This document shows positions 47,938-57,536 of a stretch of DNA of 64,000 nt, piece after piece (position 1 is the first letter of the stretch; every line of letters begins with the position of its first letter). A program made the translations under genes and the position numbers. The notes beneath the pieces are model-generated. The model was given only the letters and a program-made list of their open reading frames with translations. It was not told where the DNA came from and searched no databases. This DNA comes from Magallana gigas. Its lineage: Eukaryota. The stretch lies in contig NC_088857.1 in the NCBI RefSeq assembly GCF_963853765.1, forward strand, positions 48,050,001 through 48,114,000, read 5' to 3'.

Positions 47938-50900
47938 ATGGCTACCAAACTGTGGAGAAGAACGTGTTTATCTAAGTTTTTTCAAGGATATCACAAGCCT
48001 TTTGTAACGACAACCTATTTGAATATAGAGGATGGTTACAGAAAACTTCTTGAAGATCGTGAGGTTGAATTACTCAAAGAAAAAATAGGCAAGGTTGAAA
48101 TTACAAGTGGGTCGGATCTCTCTAAGAAGAAGGTGACTTTTGAAGATTTATTTCGGAGATCTAAGTTTTGTCAATTAGGCGACGTTTCTGGTTCTATACT
48201 TATTGGAAGGGTAGTGGACGTTGTGTCAAATGATTTATACATTGATTTTGGAGGTAAATTTAATTGTGTATGCCCACGCCCTCTTGTAACCGAAGTCGTG
48301 GTTGATGAGGAAACTAAAGAAGAACAGCCGGTATCGCGTTTTGATGAAAGGTATGTGCTTCTGTATGAGTTTGTAACTGCACAGACTTGGATAAATCTGG
48401 CCCATGTAAGCATCTTGAACAGGTTGGGACCAATCGCCCAATTGGGATATAATAGCCCGTTCGGGATATAATAACCCAAATGGGATATAAATTTAAAGTG
48501 CAAAAAAATAAAAAAAATTGATTTTGAAATTTTTGATATAAATCCGCATTAATATGTTTCAAATGCAACAACTTTTGGTTAAGAAGTTTTTCTATATGTC
48601 TATAGTTTGTAAGATTGATCCCCAAGAAGTTTTGGATATATTGAGGGATCAATCTCTATAATAGGGTGTCAGGAGAAAACGTACCCAAGAGAAAACGTAC
48701 CCAGGAGAAAACGTACCCAATCTCTAGGGTACGTTTTCTCTTGGAGAAAACGTACCCGGGTACGTTTTCTCCAAGAGAAAACGTACCCTATGAAAATTAT
48801 AATTATACTACTTAATTGTTTTTAATACTTTTAAATACTATTTTCATAATAAATATACAGAAATGTAAGAGTTTTATAGATACTGAATTTAATACTTTAT
48901 AATTTTAAAGGGGTTGGACATATTAAATAATTTTCAAATGTTACTTTTATGCATATTTCAATGCATAGATGTATAGAAATATATTCATTTTATGAATCAT
49001 ATCTCTATAATAATTGTAGCAACTTTTATTTTAGTACGAAATAATTACCTGTCATAAAGTGTTATCAGTCTACTTCTTCTAATTATCCATTTATCGGTAG
49101 CCTTACCAATTTGAGTTTCTCTATGCGAGATCCCCTGATTTTAATTATAGTGATAATCAATTAAATACCTGAGCAGTTAATTTATTATTATGATATATTA
49201 TTTATTGCCTCCCCGCGCAGGAGGTAGAAATATTCACTCTCCATACATTATACATGTCAGTGCCGTCGGAAGCAAATTGACTGTTCAATGTTACATTTCG
49301 TAGTAGTTTCCATATATATGAATCAAACAAATATTTAAAAGACTTCAGTAGAATTGGTTTTATTAAGCAACTTTGTTTTATAGATAAATTAAAAAAAAAA
49401 AGTTAAAAATAACGCGATATCGACTTCTTGACATACTCATCATTTAGTTCTCCAAATGAGATTGCAATAACAACTTGCAATAAAAAATTTAACGGTTTCG
49501 TTTATGGTGTATTAATTGTCGACTAATTAAACTGGCCATGTTCGTGTATGTGTATGTTACAAATTATTGTATGCATTTAAAAACAACAACAACAAATGAT
49601 ACAAATGTTCATTGTACATTTTATTTTGTTTCATTTAAGAATATATATGAAAACCATTATTTATTATTTTCATAGGGTACGTTTTCTCTTGGAGAAAACG
49701 TACCCGGGTACGTTTTCTCCTGGAGAAAACGTACCCTATAAGTTGGGTATGTTTTCTCCTGGGTACGTTTTCTCCTGGGTACGTTTTCTCCAGCATTCCT
49801 ATAATAGTACGGTTACAGAAGAAGTTGCTTACCAAAAGTTGTTACATTTCATTATTCTAATGCGGATTTATATCAAAAATTTCAAAATCAAAATTTTTTA
49901 TTTTTTGCACTTTAAATTTATATCCCATTTGGGCTATTATATCCCAAACGGGCTATTATATCCCATTTGGGCAATTGGTCCCAACCTATTGAAGATAAAT
50001 GCATTGTTGCAAGTCTGTTTAAACAAAAAAAAAAGACTTGTTTTTAAATGTATTGTGAAACATCTGAGGAAGAAATGAAAGCGCTTACGTTTTGCGATTA
50101 GTGTTGTTATTTTTATTTTAACATATATTACTGGACACTGTGACTTTTTATTTTATTTGGAGATATATATATTTACCGGTATATATATATACACACACAC
50201 ACACCTTATAACAGGTATTTTTTATGTGCTGCTAAATTTTACAAGTTTTATTAATGCATAAAAATCAAACGGGTAAATTTTCACAGAAGTAAAAAAACAC
50301 CGCATGAAATTTTCTACATCGTACATATGAGAGTAATGTTCATGACCTTCAGCTCAGTCTCTGACGGCTGTACATGTAGGTATATTTGAGGGTTTTTGGT
50401 CGCGTGGTGATGACAGTTCAGATCTTTCTATTCAATCTTGAATATTTTTTAAAACTAAGTATAATGCGACATTAGTAGCTAGATTTCATTCACTCGGTCG
50501 ATAACTATGGTGGGGATACGAAGCTATTTTAAACCAGTATCTACAATGCCAAATCCAAATGGATCGCTTAGTGAAATGATTCCAAAGGAAGTTACAACTG
50601 CTTTAAATAAATCGGTTGCCACAACTAATTTTCCACCAAGAACACCGAAAAGGGGAAAATATACGAAATACACAGATTCCGATCATGCCGCTATTGGCAG
50701 ATATGCAAGTAAAAACGGGACCCCAAAAAGCGCTAAAGAAATTTTCTTCTGATTTTCCGGTAATATCTTAGTGTACTGTTTGTACCTGTAACAAAGTCGC
50801 GGGGAAATTCCCCCCCCCCCCCCCCCCTTTACCACAGATGATTTTAATTTTTATGGACATGTCCAATTCGTAAAAAAATTACGTGTAAAAATTCATATCG

Positions 50901-52040
50901 CCCTATTTTAAGACAAATTTGTAAAAAATCACAGCAGTAAAAATTACCCATTATACGGTATATATATATATATGATAAACTCAAGTATAATAGAAATAAG
51001 CAGCTTGATATATAAAGGAATTACCAATTTATATAAAGAATTGTGTATATATATATATCAGAGATAAAAAATTGTTAAATCTTATTTCTGTCTCTGGTAT
51101 ATATATAAAGCTAGGTCAATAGGTGAATAATAACAAAATTAAACACTTTTATAACAAATTTCTTCCCAGTTTAAAAAAAATGCACTACCATTTAACATAA
51201 TAGTTTGAATGAATTTATTTTCATATAATTTTTTCGACCCACAATCCCATTATTAAAGTAATGTATTTTTATTCTAAGCCTCAGTTAGCAAAATTCATAG
51301 TCTGGTGAAAGAAAACCTGTTTATAGTGAATTCGCTGTAGTTTTTATTATGAATTCGTTATACAGATATAGCGAATTACGGAAAAAACGAAGTAAATCCA
51401 TTGATCCCTAGGACTTCGCTATAACCGAGTTTTACTGTATATGTAACATTTTTTTTACAATTTCATTTTATACGGGTCAGTTTTGCTTGTCCTCATCTAA
51501 AAACATCCTTATAATGTTACATATAAAACCGTGTTTTGCACCCTTGAATCTGAGATTCCTATATCTTTTACCTCCACTGTTTCATTATAACGTGTACAGG
51601 GGAGATTCAAAGAGTAGGCCTTATTGAAAAGTTGGAAATCTGCTGAAACCATTTGGTTTCACAAGTCCTATAAGTATTTTATTTTTATTTTCAAACTCAG
51701 ATTGCCTCATCTCCCTATGTTTCATTAGGCATACCCAATTGTAGTTCTGCCAATTGTCCCAAAAGTTAACTCACTCTCTTATGACACAGTATTATATTTT
51801 AATATTGTCTTAAACTTTTCTTTAATTAATTCATTCTAAAAATGAAAAAAATATCTTTTCTTTTTCAGTTACACTTATGGAACTCAAGTGAAGTTGCAAC
51901 TGAAAGAATTTGAAATGGCAGAAAAATTCCTTGGTTCAGCTCGCCATACCTCACTGCTTGAGGCGGATGCAGTTCTTCTAGGTCATGTGACACAAAAAGA
52001 GGTTTTACAAGAGGAGCTACAAGAAAACATCTTGTTTTAG
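47938..52040 (+). CDS. MRPS28: Mitochondrial ribosomal protein bS1m (S28), 194 aa, complete
   Basis: Exons 47938-48350 and 51869-52040 (phase 2, 585 nt). Motifs TFEDLFRRS, LIGRVVDVVSNDLYIDFGGKFNCVCPRP, YTYGTQVKLQLKEFEMAEKFLG, LLEADAVLLG. AATAAA at 52401. Confidence 0.93.
48421..49987. mobile_element. Foldback element with ~170-bp arms in the MRPS28 intron (outer)
   Basis: AGGTTGGGACCAAT.GCCCAA.TGGGATATAATAGCCC.. left arm 48421-~48590 is the reverse complement of ~49820-49987; TSD unclear. Confidence 0.85.
48665..49798. mobile_element. MULE/Foldback-like non-autonomous element with 9-bp TSD (inner)
   Basis: CTATAATAG at 48656-48664 and 49799-49807; modular TIRs built from GGAGAAAACGTACCC in both orientations; no ORF. 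Confidence 0.85.
50202..50960 (+). mobile_element. pogo/Tc1-mariner-like deletion derivative retaining the transposase N-terminus
   Basis: TIR CACCTTATAACAGGTATTTTT versus reverse complement TACCGTATAATGGGTAATTTT with TA-rich flanks. ORF 50507-50752 (YFKP..MPNPNGSLS..KRGKYTKYTDSDHAAIGRYASKNG) resembles the recalled N-terminal HTH region of pogo-like transposases; no DDE domain. Confidence 0.7.
51300..51439. mobile_element. Tigger/mariner-type MITE end
   Basis: ..CCTAGGACTTCGCTATAACCGAGTTTTACTGTA (reverse complement TACAGTAAAACTCGGTTATAGCGAAG). Confidence 0.6.
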
Positions 52041-52527
52041 TTTTATATTATAACAGTATATTTGATTTTATTGGTGAAATCTTTGAGTTTCATGGTAACA
52101 ACAGAGTGATCAAAAGATTAAAGCAGTGATTTTCAGGGAACGGAGCTCGGTGTTACTCAACAGCATTGTTCCTTTACTTCTATAGATCAGCTGTCAAGAG
52201 TTCTTGCACAGAACTATGGAACTATGTTGGGCATCTTTTTAAAATATACCAAAACATGTATTAATGGTTTTAAGTTATTTTACATGTAACGATACTTCAA
52301 AAAAATTAGCTTTTCCATAAGACCTGTATCCTGATGTCTGATTTTCATTCAACAGAAGTTCACATTGCTTGTTAACTTCCTGTTAACCAATTAAAATTTG
52401 AATAAATGGTTGTTATCTTCATTAATTGTTTACTGTTTACTTCATTTTTCATTCAGTGGTTTATATTTTTTGAGTCATTCTTAATCTAGTATATTTACTA
52501 CAAGTAAAAAGTATTAAGCAAGTTTAA

Positions 52528-53025
52528 AGGGACATATTCATGATTTTGGTCGAATTTTATTTTTCTGTTTTTATTATTTACAATGTTTTAGGAATGCATT
52601 TCCAATAACCAAATGAAATTGGAGAGTCAGTAGTGAAGTTATAAGCAGGATACAGGGCTCACAATTCTTTGCCATGTAAACAAGGCTTGTGTCCTGTTTT
52701 TGTTTACATTAGTTCAATATACTGGTAAAAGTTCTTTCTCAAGCTGATTTTTCCATCTTTTTATTCATTTTAAACATAAATATATATTTCCAACATTTAC
52801 CACATTCATTTTCGGTCTAAAACTGGAGTTTTCACCTCAACGTTCAAAATGTAAACAAAAGCCTTGTTTACATATGCATAGCAAAGGACTGTAAGCTCTG
52901 TAACTTGCTTATAACTCAACAAATGAAACTCAAATTTTGGTTGTCTATTAAAAATGCCTTACTGAAGCATTGTAAACATTAAAATCGGGAAAATAATTTT
53001 TGACCAAAATCGTGACCATGCCCCT
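52528..53025. mobile_element. TTAA-flanked MITE (Kolobok-like)
   Basis: TTAA|AGGGACATATTCATGATTTTGGTC .. GACCAAAATCGTGACCATGCCCCT|TTAA. Confidence 0.85.
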
Positions 53026-53385
53026 TTAAGTTGATACAAATGTATTACTGGTTTACACTATTGGCATCCATCTATTGGCTGCATCGTGCGATTTTCTTTC
53101 TGTTCATTTGTATAAACTTATTTAATTCAGTGATAAATATAGGTATGCAGGTACTAAGATTATTGTCTATCCAAAATAAATATTTGTGGTCAGGATGCAT
53201 GAATTGCATCACTGATTATCAGAAATACCAGATCTTGAAATTTTGAAGTGGTGTCAAATTGTTTGTTCTAAAAATGTCTCACTTTTCTTTTCAACAATTT
53301 ACTTATATACTGCAGTAATTCCTTACAAACACTGCAGCTCAATGGTTATGATAACAGATACATGTACTTACAATCGTTACATTAA

Positions 53386-53531
53386 NNNNNNNNNNNNNNN
53401 NNNNNNNNNNNNNNNNNNNNNNNNNNNNNNNNNNNNNNNNNNNNNNNNNNNNNNNNNNNNNNNNNNNNNNNNNNNNNNNNNNNNNNNNNNNNNNNNNNNN
53501 NNNNNNNNNNNNNNNNNNNNNNNNNNNNNNN
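53386..53531. other. Assembly gap (146 N)
   Basis: N run. Confidence 1.
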
Positions 53532-53652
53532 GGGGGTCGGGGGGGTCTGGAAAATGAAAATTTATTAAATTTACATAGTAAAATTATCGCGAAAATATGC
53601 CTCGGACCCCCCCTGGCAAACACAATTATCCTTCGGACCCCCCCTGGAAAAA
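53532..53652 (-). mobile_element. Internal fragment of the G-run MITE family seen at 57371-57536
   Basis: Reverse complement CCAGGGGGGTCCGAGGCATATTTT..TAATTT..GTAAATTTAA matches 57430-57480. Confidence 0.7.
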
Positions 53653-53800
53653 NNNNNNNNNNNNNNNNNNNNNNNNNNNNNNNNNNNNNNNNNNNNNNNN
53701 NNNNNNNNNNNNNNNNNNNNNNNNNNNNNNNNNNNNNNNNNNNNNNNNNNNNNNNNNNNNNNNNNNNNNNNNNNNNNNNNNNNNNNNNNNNNNNNNNNNN
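53653..53800. other. Assembly gap (148 N)
   Basis: N run. Confidence 1.
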
Positions 53801-54620
53801 AACCATGAACACTTTACTGGCAATCACTGCCAATCAGTATAGATACTCAAAATCATTACAGCTAATTCAATGTAATTATTACAAACACGTAGTACATATA
53901 CATACATACAATCATTGGAGATGCTTACAGTCATTACAGATAAATACTTACAATCAATGCAGATACTTGCAGTACACTCATTACAGATACTTACAACTAC
54001 TGCAGATACACATTACCATTACAAATACTTACAGTCATTAGGTACTTTTTCAGTCATTACTTACACTTTCAACCATCACGTACACTTACAGGCAATACAT
54101 ACACATATAACCATGATATAACCTTACAGCCATTACATACACTTACAGCCATTACATACACTTACAGTCATTACATACACTTGACAGTCACTGCATACAC
54201 TTACAGTCATTGCATACACTTACAATTGTTACATACACTTACAGTCATTACATACACTTACAGCCATTGCATACACTTACAGTCATTACATACACTTACA
54301 GCCATTGCATACACTTACAGTCATTGCATACACTTACAGTCATTGCATACACTTACAATCGTTACATACACTTACAGTCATTGCATACACTTACAGTCAT
54401 TGCATACACTTACAGTCATTGCATACACTTACAATCGTTACATACACTTACAGTCATTGCATACACTTACAGTCATTGCATACACTTACAGTCATTGCAT
54501 ACACTTACAATCGTTACATACACTTACAGTCATTGCATACACTTACAGTCATTACATATACTTATAGTCATTGCATACACTTACAGTCATTACATATACT
54601 TATAGTCATTACATACACTC
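53801..54620. repeat. 19-bp minisatellite (CAGTCATTGCATACACTTA)n with degenerate left flank
   Basis: Homogeneous from ~54120 to 54620; the six-frame translation repeats every 19 aa (57 nt); similar degenerate units continue left to ~53310. Confidence 0.95.
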
Positions 54621-55100
54621 ATTAATTACACTTTAACTCATACAATTATTTATACTGATATTTACAATGATATTATTTATTTACAATCATTTCAGATACT
54701 ACCTACAATTTCAAACCATTGCAATTATTACAAACACATCATTACAACTGTTAAGATTACATGCTGCAATCAATAAAGATGTCATAAAAATGATTAAAAA
54801 TGCTTTCTATTACAATAAAATAAATTAATTGTGTTATCCGCTAATTTTTCAACATTGTTATTTCATGACCTCAAAAGCTTGGATAGTGAAACACTACGCC
54901 ATGAAAGTTTTTAGGCTTACTGTGTAAACGAACAGTGATAATGTACAGACTGCATACTGATTAATAAAATTATACCTGAAAGCAAGTAATATACATGTAT
55001 ATAATGGTAACGCTACTGCGTGAATTGTAAAGCTAATGGAAAACCCAGAATCTAAGAAAATACTTGAGGTACTATGGGACATAACAATCATATCTGACAA

Positions 55101-56869
55101 TCACCTCAGTCCAATCCATCCCGGATAAAAATAATCGGACATGTCGAAACTGAAGTCTTTCCTAAGATTGCTGTTGTTTTGGGCAACATCGCTGAAGTAA
55201 ATAGTGGTCCCTTTCGCCAGAAAACTTCCCCACCAGCCAAAGGACCCGACCGTCATAATAGTGTGGTTACACATTGATATTGCACACATATCCACTTCCC
55301 GCGGATTTTCTGGCGCGAACACCACGTCACTTCCGTTCACATGGTACTTGCACCATTTGAGATCTTCAACATTTGGGTTTGTAAACACAATGAAAACAAT
55401 AGGGTCATATCTATCTCTAAAGTACTTAAATGCTCTGCTGAGGTATTCTCCTGTTGCTAAATTATATCCATATTTGACATTTCGCTCGTTTTTATAATCA
55501 CCTCGCCGTATGTGAACCGCAATGATTGTCAGATTTTTACTGGCGAATGGTTTAGTCAACGACTTTATAAGTTCGTGCGCTTTGTCTTGAACGTCTCCCA
55601 TAAAGACGAACTGTTCTCGGACCTCGTCTTCCACGTCTTCGAAATATTTCCACGACTGAAGATAAGACTTATGAATGTAGTTCACTTTTTCTTTACGAAT
55701 AAAATGGACGGAACCTTTGTCGTATGCACAAGGTTTTCTCTCCACTACTTTCTCTGCAGTGTCACAAAATTGCTTGCCGATGAGGAACTGGGAGGAGATA
55801 TTGAAGGTGTTGAAAAGTTCGGATGCTGGGGTGATACCCACGGTCATATTCCTGGCTCGAGCTATGCCGTATGTGGATGCGTATTGAAACATGTGGTTGC
55901 CCAGACCACCCCTGAAGTATACACACAATCTGTTCTCCTCGGTTTGCACCGGATAGAGCACGTGAGGTCTCCTGAGGTAGATGTAGAAAAAGACGGCATT
56001 GGTGATTACGCTGAGGAACAGTGCAAAAAGCAGGAAATCTAAAGGGAGATTAAAAATAAAACCTTAAAATGTGTAACAGAAGGATTAACTTTGAAAATTA
56101 TGGCTTTATAAGGATTGCTTTATAAATGTAAAGTATGGCCACAAAAATATGTGACGAAGAGATTGCTTCTTATATTATGGCTACATAATATGTGACGGAG
56201 AAATTACTTTAAGAAAATAGCTACAAAAATATGTTACAGAGAGATTGCTTCATAAATACGGCAGCAAACACGTGTGTCAAGAGATGTGAGATTGCTTGAT
56301 TAACATATAATGTTCAGAGAAATTGCGTTATAAAAATTTCAGTCTAAAATTAATAGGCAACAAAAAGATATTTCTTTATAGATATCTGTAAGAGTGATGG
56401 CTTCGTAAAGAAGCATACAAATAAACATAACCTACAGTACGCATTTGATAAAAAATAGGAATTGTATTTTTTATGGTTTTGTGTAACTAAACAAAAATTA
56501 TTTCATTTCTATCTTTGAAAATAGTCCAATTTTTCAAGTGTAATTTGGTGAGAGTCTATAACTTTCTAGGAAGGTTTGTGTTATAACGTTGTTGAACAAT
56601 GAAATGGTCAAAATCAAGCAGCTTTAAAATTTCTTTAAATATTATGTCGTGGTATGTGGAGACACATGCAATTCGTAAAGAATTATGCGCTTACTTCTTA
56701 AATGTAGCGGCAAAATGTGAAAAAGTTGTAATGTACAGCAACAACAAAAATGAAAAAGATTGTTCGTGAAATTGCAAATAGAAAGAAACGTCTATACACA
56801 AATGAATTAAAAACCATTGAATTACAGGACGATTGTCAACATCTTACCAGTTTTCATTATTCGTCTCAT
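55101..56869 (-). CDS. Galactoside alpha-1,2-fucosyltransferase (GT11, FUT1/FUT2-like), 319 aa
   Basis: Exons 56869-56848 (MRRIMKT, donor GTAAGA) and 56038-55101 (phase 1, 960 nt total). Type II topology: basic tail then TM FLLFALFLSVITNAVFFYIYL. GT11 motifs GGLGNHMFQYA, VHIRRGDY, GSFGWWGSFL. Confidence 0.94.
56065..56330. repeat. Degenerate ~40-nt tandem repeat in the FUT intron
   Basis: GAGATTGCTT..ATGGCTACAAAAATATGTGAC variants repeated about six times. Confidence 0.6.
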
Positions 56870-57092
56870 AACTGCGCTGCATTTGTTTTATGTCATGTCC
56901 CTAAAAAGAAATAACATTGATTGATTTTCGTTTTGTTTGAATGTCACCTCTAAATGCGTCACGTAGTTTATAAACCACTTCAGTGGATTGCCATATAGAC
57001 GTCACTTTCATTAAGTCAATATTAAAATCAGCTTTTCGCCAGTTTTTTTTAATAAGGCTGAACAAATTGATCTGCCTAAATTTTGAAATATG

Positions 57093-57108
57093 ATATTGTC
57101 ATGTTGTA

Positions 57109-57146
<38 letters not shown>

Positions 57147-57161
57147 ACAACATGACAATAT
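57093..57161. repeat. Short hairpin element
   Basis: ATATTGTCATGTTGTAAATTTT / AAAATTTACAACATGACAATAT, 22-bp perfect arms. Confidence 0.85.
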
Positions 57162-57370
57162 TTTTACAATAAGCTATTATTTGTTAAAGAAAAAATCAGC
57201 TAATATTTATCAAAGAAAAAATCCCAAATATTTAGCTGTAAAACAGTTTTCATCTTAAAAAAAACCCGAGTCTTAATGTTCTGCAGCTGTTGCTGTCCAA
57301 AAATGTTCTACTTATTGGATGGGTACAGGTAACACACTGGACTGCTGCAGGTAGTAGGGGTAAACACAAA

Positions 57371-57536
57371 CATGCGGGATTCAGAATTTTTTTCGAAGGG
57401 GGGGGGGGGTCTGACGGTAATTTGAGTTTACCAGGGGGTCTGAGGCATATTTTTGGTAATTTCATAACGTAATTTAAAGAAATTTGAATTTTGCTGGGGG
57501 GGGGGGGTTAGGACCCCTCCTCTAGATCCGCGCATG
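57371..57536. mobile_element. G-run MITE with CATGCG..CGCATG ends
   Basis: TIR CATGCGGGATTCAG / CTAGATCCGCGCATG; ACAAA on both flanks. Confidence 0.75.

Noticed and set aside
48665-48790. GGAGAAAACGTACCC repeats resembling a CRISPR or iteron array
   Set aside because: No unique spacers, mixed orientation, mirrored at the other end with a 9-bp TSD, and eukaryotic context; these are modular TIRs.
48171-50078. Several 66-160 aa ORFs (48171-48503, 48314-48652, 49596-50078)
   Set aside because: They are antisense shadows of MRPS28 exon 1 or read-throughs of the inverted-repeat elements.
54181-54625. 106-131 aa His/Thr/Tyr-rich ORFs in all three plus frames
   Set aside because: They are a by-product of a stop-free 19-bp unit, with no start context, splice sites or codon bias.
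55204-56042. Plus-strand ORFs of 97 and 176 aa
   Set aside because: Antisense shadows of the fucosyltransferase exon.
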